From sequence record LC667451.1: a DNA stretch of 64,000 bases. One strand, 5' to 3'. Under the pieces are notes generated by a model that saw only the letters and a program-made list of their open reading frames with translations, ran no database searches and was not told the origin of the DNA. This document shows positions 9,917 through 19,198 of the stretch, piece after piece. The translations under genes and the position numbers were made by a program. Every line of letters starts with the position of its first letter. The first letter of the stretch is position 1.

Positions 9917-11185
9917 TTAAGGCGTGGTGTTGCTATCGAAGTCCGTGCCGATCTTCAAGAAGTAGGCACGGCTGTGACGCACAACGTCTTGCGACTGTCG
10001 TGCATTGTTGACCATGACGGCATTCTTCAGATCGATCGTGTCGTAGGTACGATTGTTGTACTTGTTATCGTACACCGTGATCGCCCATTGCTTGTCCTCC
10101 TCGACCGACCAGTAATCCGCCACCTTGCCAAGACCGGTGATGAGCGGATACTTTGGCTCCACGAATGAGGTCAGCTTGTTGACGATATTACCCACGCGCG
10201 GATACTCGTAATCGAGGAACACTTCCGAGTTGTCCAGGATCACGAAGAACGACTGGCTCATGGTCGCATAAGCCACCAGATTCGCATCGGACAAGAAGTC
10301 CGCGACGACAATCAGACTCTCGTCATTCGGGTCCTTCTGGTAAGGCAGCGCCGAGAAGTCCAGATAAGGCAGCGACTCATGGAAGCGTTCGATCACGGGC
10401 AGATTGTTGAAATCGATCCGCACGGTTTGTGTCCCGACTCGCGACATGGTCTTACCGTCGAGCACCGACAAATAACCACCCAACGAGAGGAGGACGGTCT
10501 TGTTGGTAATGTCCTGACCGAGGTTGATGTGCATCTGGTTGCGGTAGAGCTGATCGCTCGACTGCTTGTAGATCATCGCCTCAGTGATCGGGACATACGT
10601 GAGCGTGCCGAGGTTCTGGAAGTTCAGCAAGCCAATCAGATTTTGATGGCACTTGAAGTTACTCAGCATGCCATCGACCACATAGCCACCGGTCGGCGTG
10701 GCATCGATGCGATGGAAGAAGCCGTTGATCGTTACCATCATCGACTTGTACCAGAGATCGAAGTCAATCGACTTGCCCTGGTTATCCACCTTGGTCAGAT
10801 ACAACCAGGTCTTATCCGCCAACGGCAACTGTGCGTCAGGTGCGGCCGTCGCATTGATGGGTTGGACCTTGTAGCCTGCGCGGCGTGCGTCCTTATATTC
10901 GGCGTAGCGGGCGCTGAGCGTCGGGATTGTGGTCGACGTCGGCAGAACCGTATCGCTGTTCTCCGTGAGGAACTCATTGAAGGTAATCGAGAGTCCGCCG
11001 TCCGTAGCTTGGATCTGCGAGAGATCCAGACTCACCTGTCCGTCGACGAATGGGTTGGTGAGGACTGCGTAGACCTTCACGTACGTCGCGTAGATCTGAT
11101 ACAGGGGCATATCGCCGATGTCGACGTCCACCCAACGACCTTGACTGGCGAACGATTTACCGATGGCTGAAACTAGCGTGTACAT
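9917..11185 (-). CDS. phiKZ-like virion structural protein (tail/baseplate region)
   Basis: 422-aa ORF with GGAG RBS among tail genes; beta-rich composition. Confidence 0.5.
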   Translation of the reverse strand: MYTLVSAIGKSFASQGRWVDVDIGDMPLYQIYATYVKVYAVLTNPFVDGQVSLDLSQIQATDGGLSITFNEFLTENSDTVLPTSTTIPTLSARYAEYKDARRAGYKVQPINATAAPDAQLPLADKTWLYLTKVDNQGKSIDFDLWYKSMMVTINGFFHRIDATPTGGYVVDGMLSNFKCHQNLIGLLNFQNLGTLTYVPITEAMIYKQSSDQLYRNQMHINLGQDITNKTVLLSLGGYLSVLDGKTMSRVGTQTVRIDFNNLPVIERFHESLPYLDFSALPYQKDPNDESLIVVADFLSDANLVAYATMSQSFFVILDNSEVFLDYEYPRVGNIVNKLTSFVEPKYPLITGLGKVADYWSVEEDKQWAITVYDNKYNNRTYDTIDLKNAVMVNNARQSQDVVRHSRAYFLKIGTDFDSNTTP

Positions 11186-11295
11186 GCCGTGGCTCCGGGA
11201 AAAGTCTTTCTGAATACTATGATTGTAGCTTGTTGTAGTCTTGGAATACAGACTAAAACCTATAGAATATCGCCTTCACCCGCTGGGAGATAAGA

Positions 11296-13131
11296 ATGGC
11301 ATTGAATTTGAATGACCTGGCCTACCCGTTCGACCCCACGGGTTCGCTGGCGTCAAACCTCATCACCGGGGAGCAGCAGATCCTCACGGCGGTGAACTGG
11401 ACCGACTACCAATTCATCGTGCCACGCTGGGCGCCGTTCTTCTACGACTCTCTGGTGGTGACGTTCACAGACACACAAGGCAATACGCGCACACTGGTCG
11501 AAGGGGAAGACTACTACGCGTGTTTCGAGTTCATCTCGGCCTCCCGTGCCTGTGCCAAGCCGATCTGGGGCGGCGTGCAGTTTATCAATCCGCTCCTGTC
11601 GGGCGTGATCAAGCTGCAATATCAAACCCTCGGTGGTATCTGGACGCTCGACACGACGACGATTTCGGCCCTGTTGGCTGACCGTCTGGCGAACCCGCGG
11701 ATTACCGCGTGGGAACAAGTGGTGGATCAACCGGTAATGTTCCCGGTGATCGATCACGAATGGGATCTCGTGGATCTCGTGGGTGCCTCGGACATCGTGG
11801 CAGCCCTGGGTGGCATTGAAGACATGCTGCGTCAGACTGGCTCAACCGGCCTGGCGGCTCACTTGGCGGATTTCACGAATCCGCACCGCGTGACTGCGAC
11901 GCAAGTGGGGTTGGGTTTGGTGCAGAACTTCGGTATTGCCCAATCGGCAGATCTGAGCTCAGGCACGAGCAATAGCGTCTACATGACGCCTGCTGGTGTC
12001 ACCACCATGATGAATGCAGGACCGACTGCAGCCATCAATGCTCACGCAGCACGCACCGACAACCCGCACGCCACCACCGCACACGAAGTCGGCACCTATA
12101 CGCAAGCGGAAATCGATCAGTTGCTCGCGGGCTATACGCCCTCGGGCGGTGCTGCCGCGAATGCCCTGTTGTTCAACGGCATGGATGCACCAACCTATCG
12201 TGACTGGGCACTGTCGACGGGTGTCGCTTCCAACTCGCTGGAGTTCGGCGGCCAAACGCCTGCGGCTTTCACGGCCTCAGTGTTGGGTGGTACGGCCGCT
12301 AACGCGAACGAACTGGGCGGTCGCACTTACGCTCAAGTGATTTCGGATGCGCTCTCGGGCAAGGCTGCCGATACGTTCGAATTCAACGGCATGGACGCAC
12401 CGACCTACGCAGCATGGGTGCTGGCCAATGGGACGGCCTCGAACACGAGTAAGTTCAACAACATGACGCCTGCGGATTTCGCATCATGGGTGTTGAACAA
12501 CAATGGTCCGGCTGCAGATTCGACCTTGCTTGATGGTTACACGCTTCAGCAGGTGATCGCCCAGGCATCGTCAGGCGCGGGTACGAACTTCGCCCCGCAA
12601 TTGCTGGTCAACCCGACCAGTGGCGAAACGGCTGGCTCGACCTACTGGACGGAAATCGGCCAGATCCCGCTGCCCTCGGAAAGTGATCCGGAACTCAGTC
12701 AGTACAACGACACGAACTGGATCGTTTCGGGTGGGGACTCGAACAATCAACTGACGTCGGGTCTGTACCTGATGAACGTGAATGTCCGTGGGCCGTCGAA
12801 TGCACAAGTGACGCTGTCGATCACGAACTACCTGGTCACTGATCCGGGCGAGCAATTCGGTTACACGATCGAGAACGTGACGGTCAACGGAACGCCCGTG
12901 CCGACGATTCGCTTGTGGCTCAAGCGCGGTGCGAACCTGAACGCTTTGTCGATCACGCGCCTGTCGCAAGACTCGGGCAAGATCACAGGTACGGCAAGCG
13001 TCGCTGTCGCGCCCACAGGCATCGTCTACGCTACGACGGATCGCTTTGCCCTCGAGTCGGAAGTGACGTCGGCCATTCAAACGCTGACGACCGCTTTCAA
13101 CGCGCTCGCTACGCAGATCAGCAGCAGCTAA
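11296..13131 (+). CDS. Tail fibre / baseplate-attached fibre protein
   Basis: N-terminus YPFDPTG paralogous to the next gene; HLADFTNPHRVT and TDNPHATT fibre motifs; six ~23-aa A(A/S)N/D..F/L.G repeats. Confidence 0.75.
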   Translation: MALNLNDLAYPFDPTGSLASNLITGEQQILTAVNWTDYQFIVPRWAPFFYDSLVVTFTDTQGNTRTLVEGEDYYACFEFISASRACAKPIWGGVQFINPLLSGVIKLQYQTLGGIWTLDTTTISALLADRLANPRITAWEQVVDQPVMFPVIDHEWDLVDLVGASDIVAALGGIEDMLRQTGSTGLAAHLADFTNPHRVTATQVGLGLVQNFGIAQSADLSSGTSNSVYMTPAGVTTMMNAGPTAAINAHAARTDNPHATTAHEVGTYTQAEIDQLLAGYTPSGGAAANALLFNGMDAPTYRDWALSTGVASNSLEFGGQTPAAFTASVLGGTAANANELGGRTYAQVISDALSGKAADTFEFNGMDAPTYAAWVLANGTASNTSKFNNMTPADFASWVLNNNGPAADSTLLDGYTLQQVIAQASSGAGTNFAPQLLVNPTSGETAGSTYWTEIGQIPLPSESDPELSQYNDTNWIVSGGDSNNQLTSGLYLMNVNVRGPSNAQVTLSITNYLVTDPGEQFGYTIENVTVNGTPVPTIRLWLKRGANLNALSITRLSQDSGKITGTASVAVAPTGIVYATTDRFALESEVTSAIQTLTTAFNALATQISSS

Positions 13132-13146
13132 GCCACGCGACCATGG

Positions 13147-13179
13147 ACGCCTCCGGCGGGGACTACCCGTTGGAGGCGT
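13147..13179 (+). terminator. Intergenic stem-loop between fibre genes
   Basis: ACGCCTCCGGCGGG-GACTA-CCCGTTGGAGGCGT (with G-U pairs), followed by a short T run. Confidence 0.55.
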
Positions 13180-13232
13180 TTGTGTCGTCAGTACAACAGA
13201 ATACCGACCTCAGTGTGAGGAGTTAGTAACAA

Positions 13233-14714
13233 ATGTCGACGCCACTTGTCATTCGCTACCCGCTCGATCCGACGGGTACGAGCACCAACAACTTGGTGAC
13301 GGGGGAAATCCAGAACCTGACGGCTAACCGAAATGTCCGCGCGATTGCGCCGATGTACGGTGCGTTCTATACGGACAGCCTGATCGTAACGGACACCGCC
13401 ACCAATCAGCCACTCACGCCGGGCACCCAGTACTACGCTGCCGAGATGTACGAGTTGCCCACGGCCCGTTACGGTAAGCAAATCTGTGCGGTCATTCTGA
13501 TTACGGACCCGACCGTCAGCAATCAGGTCTCGCTGCAGTATCAGGCCCTGGGTGGCCCGTACAGCACGAGCGCACAAGCGATCATCCAGCAGATCAGCAA
13601 CCTGCAACTGGACACGCGTCCGGTAGCGTGGGGCGACATCCTGGATCGGCCGAGCGAATTCCCACCTGCTTTCCACTTGCACGACATCGGCGACGTGTAT
13701 GGCTTCGAGTATCTCGTTCATGCGATCGATCGCGTGCGGGACGCCATCGAAGTGGGCGATACGGCACAGTACGACCAGATCTACGCCTACATCGACCACG
13801 TCCAGCAAACGCTGCAAGCCGAGATCGATTCAGGCAACGCAGGTCTCGCTGCTCACTTGGCGGATTTCACGAATCCGCACCGTGTCACCGCTGCTCAGCT
13901 GAGCGTGTACACGAAGGCGCAGTCCGATGCGATCACCACGCCGATCAACACCACGTTGACCAACCACGTGGCTAACAAGAGCAATCCTCACCAAGTGACG
14001 GTGGCTCAGTTGAACACGTATGATGGTCCGACGATCGATTCGAAGATCGCGACTGCTGTCGCCGCGGTCCGAATTCCGTTTACGCCGGTTCAGCAGGGCG
14101 GCGGTGCCAACCAAGGCACCAACAAAATCTATCTGGGTTGGGACGGCGCCCGCTTGCGTCTGCAGGTGGATTCGAGCGACCTCGGCGGGATGGTCACGTA
14201 CAACGAAATGCTCAGTAACGTGAACAACCTGCAGAACCAGATCAATGCGCGTGTGGTGATCGGTAACCCGATTGCTTACACCAACATTGGTCAGTCGGTG
14301 TCCTTCGGCGACGTCACGGCGACGGGCACGCTTTATTCGTATCACGACGTCTGGGCCTTCTGGTCCGATGAACGTCTAAAGACGAACATCCAGCAGATCG
14401 AAAATCCGCTCGAGAAGATCCGCCAGATCATGGGTGTCATCTATACCCACAACGAACTGGCTGCTCAGCTGACGGGTTGCGATACCAGTGTCGAGCACAT
14501 GGGTTTGCTGGCGCAGCAGATCTTCGCGATTGCGCCGCAGCTGGTGGGTCCGGCTCCGTTTGACGTCGATCCGATCACGGGTGGTTCGATTTCGGGCGAG
14601 CACTACATCACGATCAAGTACGACAAGCTCGTGGCGTTGCTCGTGGAAGGCATCAAGGCCCTGGATAAGCAAACGCAGGATCACGAACAGCGTCTGCTCC
14701 AGCTGGAGGGCTAA
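13233..14714 (+). CDS. Tail fibre with C-terminal peptidase S74 intramolecular chaperone
   Basis: YPLDPTG N-terminus, NPH.VT repeats, C-terminal WSDERLKTNI...GLLAQQ...KYDKLVALLVEGIKAL coiled coil. Confidence 0.9.
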   Translation: MSTPLVIRYPLDPTGTSTNNLVTGEIQNLTANRNVRAIAPMYGAFYTDSLIVTDTATNQPLTPGTQYYAAEMYELPTARYGKQICAVILITDPTVSNQVSLQYQALGGPYSTSAQAIIQQISNLQLDTRPVAWGDILDRPSEFPPAFHLHDIGDVYGFEYLVHAIDRVRDAIEVGDTAQYDQIYAYIDHVQQTLQAEIDSGNAGLAAHLADFTNPHRVTAAQLSVYTKAQSDAITTPINTTLTNHVANKSNPHQVTVAQLNTYDGPTIDSKIATAVAAVRIPFTPVQQGGGANQGTNKIYLGWDGARLRLQVDSSDLGGMVTYNEMLSNVNNLQNQINARVVIGNPIAYTNIGQSVSFGDVTATGTLYSYHDVWAFWSDERLKTNIQQIENPLEKIRQIMGVIYTHNELAAQLTGCDTSVEHMGLLAQQIFAIAPQLVGPAPFDVDPITGGSISGEHYITIKYDKLVALLVEGIKALDKQTQDHEQRLLQLEG

Positions 14715-14717
14715 GCC

Positions 14718-15227
14718 ATGACCATGCAATCGAGTGGTCCGATCTCCATGCTTCAGGCAATGGGCGAGTGTAACATCGGTCAGCAAAGATGGGACGCTGG
14801 CGATGGCACGCTTTCGCAACTGGCTGGCGTGGGATCGGGTCAAACGTACGCATGGAGCTACTGGTACGGGAAGTCGAATCTGCCGACGTACAACAACGCA
14901 CTGTTCGCACAGTACGCGATGTACATCGACCGAAACGGCTATATCAGCATCAACTTCCGTACTGGTGATTCGAATGCGTACGGCTTTAACGGGGACCATG
15001 GCCCGCACTTGGAATGGTACCATCCGCAGATGGCACCGATCGATCGGATCGCTCAGTATCGTAATGTTTCGTGTACCCCGCAGAAGTATTCGGGGCGCTC
15101 CAACGTGACGCTGCAACAGGCACCGAACGCGAGCAACGACTTCACCTGCATCATCTACAACGACGACAATCCTTGGGGTGGTGCATCTGACGTCGGGGTC
15201 AACGTCCTTATCACGGCTATTCCGTAA
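14718..15227 (+). CDS. Small fibre-associated protein, putative distal adhesin
   Basis: Begins 3 nt after the S74 fibre gene; N-terminal M..SSGPISM...LAG...YGKS segment of the type seen in fibre-tip proteins; aromatic-rich C-terminal domain. Confidence 0.5.
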   Translation: MTMQSSGPISMLQAMGECNIGQQRWDAGDGTLSQLAGVGSGQTYAWSYWYGKSNLPTYNNALFAQYAMYIDRNGYISINFRTGDSNAYGFNGDHGPHLEWYHPQMAPIDRIAQYRNVSCTPQKYSGRSNVTLQQAPNASNDFTCIIYNDDNPWGGASDVGVNVLITAIP

Positions 15228-15236
15228 AGGGGAGAC

Positions 15237-15746
15237 GTGATGAGCCTCGATCTGAATAAACCCGCCACGCAGATCATCATCGATCTGATCTGGCGCAGCA
15301 ATGGTATTTCGTTCGAGTACGACACACTGGACTTTGGTGTGCCCAAGGCAATCGACAACCCACCGCCTTGGGCTGCCAACACTGTGGTGGAGATCACCGA
15401 CAATCTGATGGAGTCTGATCTATACTCAGGCTCAACCAAGATTGCGTATCGGCGTCTGCCCTTAAGTGAGTTGGTGCCGTATTCGACTGATCCGATTCCT
15501 CTGCCCGCGTTTCCGTTTCAAACAACGGACGTGCTGGCAGCGATCAACGCTGCGTACCAGATCCAGTTGCAGCCGAGTGATGTGGTGAACGAAACCTACC
15601 AGAGTCTGGAGGGACCGTTTACTGTTGTCGCGGCTGACACTGCGCTATGTTACATCGGTAGTTTGACACCGAATATCCTCGTGGGATTGGATGAAGTGGT
15701 CCCGCAACCGAACCTCGGTGGCTTCACACCGTACGAACCGTCTTAA
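15237..15746 (+). CDS. phiKZ-like small virion protein
   Basis: Motif ..NT.V......YSGS..I.YRRL.L recurrent in phiKZ-family tail-associated proteins as I recall them; likely start at 15240. Confidence 0.5.
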   Translation: MMSLDLNKPATQIIIDLIWRSNGISFEYDTLDFGVPKAIDNPPPWAANTVVEITDNLMESDLYSGSTKIAYRRLPLSELVPYSTDPIPLPAFPFQTTDVLAAINAAYQIQLQPSDVVNETYQSLEGPFTVVAADTALCYIGSLTPNILVGLDEVVPQPNLGGFTPYEPS

Positions 15747-15752
15747 ACGCGT

Positions 15753-15804
15753 CATAGAGGCCTTTCCCGCCCTTCGTTTCCGAGGGGTAGGGAAAGGCCC
15801 TATG
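15753..15804. terminator. Stem-loop between convergent genes (CATA-stem-TATG)
   Basis: GGCCTTTCCC.CCCTTCG-TTTC-CGAGGG..GGGAAAGGCC flanked by CATA/TATG. Confidence 0.7.
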
Positions 15805-15840
15805 TCGTTCTATGAAGCCCGTACAGAGGCTCTCAGAGCG

Positions 15841-17805
15841 TTACTGCTGTGCTTGCTCGTCTTCTTTGGGACGCTGATCCTGGTTTTCAGCAGGCAACTC
15901 GTCCGGTGCCGCCTTTTCAGGGGTAGCAGCGGCTGCTGCGTCTTCACCATTTACTTCAGCGTTATCCGTGCCTTCAGCATTGGCACCTTCGGCCTGGGCT
16001 TGATCACCCCCCGTCACGCCAGCTTCGCCATCAGCGGTCGTCTCAGGCAATGTACCATCACCCATGTCGTCGTCTGTGCCAGTCGTGCCTGCACCGTCTG
16101 CCAGATCACCACCGAGGCCGTCACCCGTACCCATGCCGTTGTCATCCGGATTGGTACCATCCGTTGCCCCTGTGACATCACCACCATTGGCGGTTTCTTC
16201 ACCGGCCGCGGCCTGGTCTTCCTCACCCGGCGGCGTCGCCACCGACGGATCACCGTGCGGGTTGTCAATCAGGTCCACGGGTACCTTACCCCCTTCAGTC
16301 GGATCGGGCTCACCTTGACTTGCGGCTTCGGCTTGCTTTTCCTTCTGAATCTGGTCAACCTTCAGCTGCGTTTGGTCCTGCACCTGCTTTTGCTGGGCCT
16401 CTTGCTGCTCCTGGTTTTCCTCGTGTTCCTGCTCGGCTTGCGACTCGTCGTTCTCGCCGGTTTCCCCTTCAGCCGGACCCGTAGCGTCTACCGTATCGTC
16501 GCTGGACGGTTCCGGATTAGCGGGATCGCTAGGCTGATCGTTATCCGTCGGAGGTGACTGCTCACCTTGTTGCGGTTGAGCATTCTGATCCTCAGGCGTG
16601 CCTTGCTGGGGATTGGTAGCGAGACCAGGGTCTTGCTTGTTGTCCGCAGCTTGCTCGGGGGTGGTCGCGCCGTCGCCATTCGGTTCAGCACCGTTGGGTT
16701 CGTCCGGAATCGCGTTGCCGTGATCGTCGGTCGGATTCTCCGCTTCGCCTTGCCCCTGATCCGATTGCGGCGGCAGGTTCAGGTTCTCTGGCGTGCCTTC
16801 GGTCAGTGCCTGGTTGAGCTTCTCGTGTTCGGGTTGCTCGTCCGGCGTGGCACTTGACGATTGTGCAGCAGGCGTTTCCGAGGCGGACTGGGCAGGCGGC
16901 TCATCGCTATTGGTTTTCACCAGCGATGGCTTACCCAGGTCCGGACTGGCAGCACCCGGATCATTGGGCAGAGCAGCTTGTTCAGACGTATTGATTCCGT
17001 CGTTCTCTTGCTGCTGGCTACCGACTGCCGGTTCCGTCGAGGGTTTCTGCAAGAACTCGTTCTTGAGCAGGAAGAACTGGTCGTACAGGGCACGCACCTG
17101 GTTCTCCTCATTGCCACCGACCGGACGGCCAAAGCCTTCGGGCAGAATCACATCCGTGAGAGCGATCGGGAATTCGGGAATCGGTTGGGTCCGGTCCTTC
17201 ACTTCCAGGTCGATCTTGCACCATTCGTGATAGCCGCCTTCGGGCTTGGGGAACATGTCAACTTCCCACTTCAGGTCCGTACCGATGATCGGGAACACAA
17301 AGCGCACCTTGCGCATGCCCTGACCACCGAGGAATTTGAAAATGGTGAACTCGTCCTTGTTCGACGGCAGGGGCAGCTCGATCTTGTCGCCCTGGTCGTT
17401 CATCTTGACCTTGGAAGTGCGTACGTACGTCGCTTCTTCTTCCTTACCGTCCTGCCAGGTCTTGCGCACGCGCATTGACCCATCACCGGCGTTCTGGTCG
17501 GTCTTCGGCACACGGATTTCCCACTGCTCCTGGTTCTCCTTAGAAGCAGCGCGTTCCAGTTCCGACGGGCTCACGACCTTGGCGTAGATCGTGTGCTCGA
17601 TTTCCTTCACCGGCTGGCCATTGGCGATCTCTTCCATCACCAGATACGGCCGAGCAATCGGGTTGTGTTCGATCACCACAGGCGGAGTCGGATACAGATG
17701 CCCGAACTCCTTGCGGAAGGACATGATCAACGCGTCTTCAGGTGACGGCTTATTCACGTCCACGAATGCATTCTCGAGGGCCAGTCGCATCAATTGACGG
17801 CGCAT
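15841..17805 (-). CDS. CYTH (triphosphate tunnel metalloenzyme)-like domain plus ~400-aa acidic disordered tail; probable head protein
   Basis: CYTH-like motifs EIE, MRVRK, Y..T.K, KIE, RKVR, WEVDMF, IDLEV; N-terminal ALE protease motif; D/E/Q/P/G/A-rich C-terminus. Confidence 0.65.
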   Translation of the reverse strand: MRRQLMRLALENAFVDVNKPSPEDALIMSFRKEFGHLYPTPPVVIEHNPIARPYLVMEEIANGQPVKEIEHTIYAKVVSPSELERAASKENQEQWEIRVPKTDQNAGDGSMRVRKTWQDGKEEEATYVRTSKVKMNDQGDKIELPLPSNKDEFTIFKFLGGQGMRKVRFVFPIIGTDLKWEVDMFPKPEGGYHEWCKIDLEVKDRTQPIPEFPIALTDVILPEGFGRPVGGNEENQVRALYDQFFLLKNEFLQKPSTEPAVGSQQQENDGINTSEQAALPNDPGAASPDLGKPSLVKTNSDEPPAQSASETPAAQSSSATPDEQPEHEKLNQALTEGTPENLNLPPQSDQGQGEAENPTDDHGNAIPDEPNGAEPNGDGATTPEQAADNKQDPGLATNPQQGTPEDQNAQPQQGEQSPPTDNDQPSDPANPEPSSDDTVDATGPAEGETGENDESQAEQEHEENQEQQEAQQKQVQDQTQLKVDQIQKEKQAEAASQGEPDPTEGGKVPVDLIDNPHGDPSVATPPGEEDQAAAGEETANGGDVTGATDGTNPDDNGMGTGDGLGGDLADGAGTTGTDDDMGDGTLPETTADGEAGVTGGDQAQAEGANAEGTDNAEVNGEDAAAAATPEKAAPDELPAENQDQRPKEDEQAQQ

Positions 17806-17829
17806 GTTTGTTCACTCCACGTTATTACT

Positions 17830-18333
17830 TCACTCTCCGCCACCCACAAGCACGCTAAGAATTTCCTTAGCGGTATGCCAGAGGACGGACATGGCGGGAT
17901 TATCGGTTGCGTGACCTTCACGCCAAGCGACCATCGCGGTAGCACCCACGACAATCAGCACGACAGCTGCGGCGATGATGAACGAACCTTTGATCAGCCA
18001 GATCTTCAGACGCTGCAGATCTCGCGTCTCAATCTCCGACTCCTCTTCTTTCAGTTCCTTGACTTCCTTGGCCGTCTCACGGTCCTTGGGCAAGTCATCA
18101 CAGCGTTGCAAGTAACGGTACAGTAACCAGACCTGGTCTTCCGGGTCCATCATGTCGATGGCGTCCTTCAGTTCCTTGCCAGTCGAAGTGGGCTCGATAG
18201 TGGGGAGTTCGGCGACGCGAGCGCTCTTCTCGTTGTATTCATCCACCAGGTCATCGAGCGGCAGACGACCTGGTTTGTGATCCGAAACTGCTCGTGTGTC
18301 GCTAATCCCCTTAAGGACGCGCTGCACTAGCAT
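17830..18333 (-). CDS. Membrane protein with C-terminal TM helix (possible lysis accessory)
   Basis: Hydrophobic FIIAAAVVLIVVGATAMVAW; ATG 18333 has an AGGGGG RBS (track start 18369); overlaps the o-spanin stop. Confidence 0.55.
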   Translation of the reverse strand: MLVQRVLKGISDTRAVSDHKPGRLPLDDLVDEYNEKSARVAELPTIEPTSTGKELKDAIDMMDPEDQVWLLYRYLQRCDDLPKDRETAKEVKELKEEESEIETRDLQRLKIWLIKGSFIIAAAVVLIVVGATAMVAWREGHATDNPAMSVLWHTAKEILSVLVGGGE

Positions 18334-18646
18334 TGCTTGCCCCCTGTGGTGAGGTGGCAAACACTGCATTGTTCTGCTGCTTCCAGTCTTCCAGGGAACC
18401 CAGACGACGGTTAGCAGTCGCGACGTTTGCGGTCTGCGTATCGAACTTGCTTTCCCACGCGTTGCTGCGATCCTTCCAACTCAGCGTGTTGTAGCTCGAC
18501 TGGTCAGGAGGAGCTTCGACCGGGGCCTTCGTGAGCAACGCATCGGGCGGGCCGATGTAGTTGTTCTTGATGTCCGGTACGCATTGCTGAGCACCACACC
18601 CCGCTAACACTGTGGCGATCGCAGCCGCCATCAGAATCTTCTTCAT
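18311..18646 (-). CDS. o-spanin (Rz1-like lipoprotein)
   Basis: MKK signal peptide, lipobox VLAG-C, Pro-rich (YIGPPDALLTKAPVEAPP); follows a TM/coiled-coil gene. Confidence 0.7.
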   Translation of the reverse strand: MKKILMAAAIATVLAGCGAQQCVPDIKNNYIGPPDALLTKAPVEAPPDQSSYNTLSWKDRSNAWESKFDTQTANVATANRRLGSLEDWKQQNNAVFATSPQGASNASAARP

Positions 18647-18661
18647 GGTCTTTCCTTCGCT

Positions 18662-19198
18662 TTATTGTGCTTTGGGCACCGAAGCGCACTTCGGGTCAGC
18701 ACCGCCAACGGCATCGCAGTACTTCATCCAGCTACCGGTAAGCTGAACTGCGCTGATTTCCGCATCTTTGCCGGTGGGTACGACGTCACCCGCTTGATCT
18801 GCCGACACGGTGGCAGGAGCAGGGGCTACGGGTTTCGTAGCGACAGCCGTGCCGCTCGCCGGAGTCGGTGCGATCACCGAGGTCGGTCCATTGGCGTACT
18901 TGCTGTTGATCTGCGAGGTCTGGTCAGCGACCCATGCGTCAATCTTTGAAGTGGTAGCTTGCGCTGCCTGATCAGCCTGAACCGCTGATGCCACTACCGT
19001 ATCCGTGACGGCTGCCGATGAGGCTTGCGTCTGGATCGTGTTGTGCTGGTCCGCGATCACTTGTGTTTGCTGACCCAGTTGTGTCTGGTCGGCCAGATGA
19101 GCTTTGTACTCATGCCAACCAAACCACCCAACCAGCGCTAACACGGCAATGACCGCCGACGCAATGGCTGCTTTTACCCCGAGCGAAATCTCATTCAT
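18662..19198 (-). CDS. i-spanin (Rz-like)
   Basis: N-terminal TM (AIASAVIAVLALVGWFGW), Gln/Ala-rich coiled coil, two C-terminal Cys; upstream of the lipoprotein gene. Confidence 0.65.
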   Translation of the reverse strand: MNEISLGVKAAIASAVIAVLALVGWFGWHEYKAHLADQTQLGQQTQVIADQHNTIQTQASSAAVTDTVVASAVQADQAAQATTSKIDAWVADQTSQINSKYANGPTSVIAPTPASGTAVATKPVAPAPATVSADQAGDVVPTGKDAEISAVQLTGSWMKYCDAVGGADPKCASVPKAQ

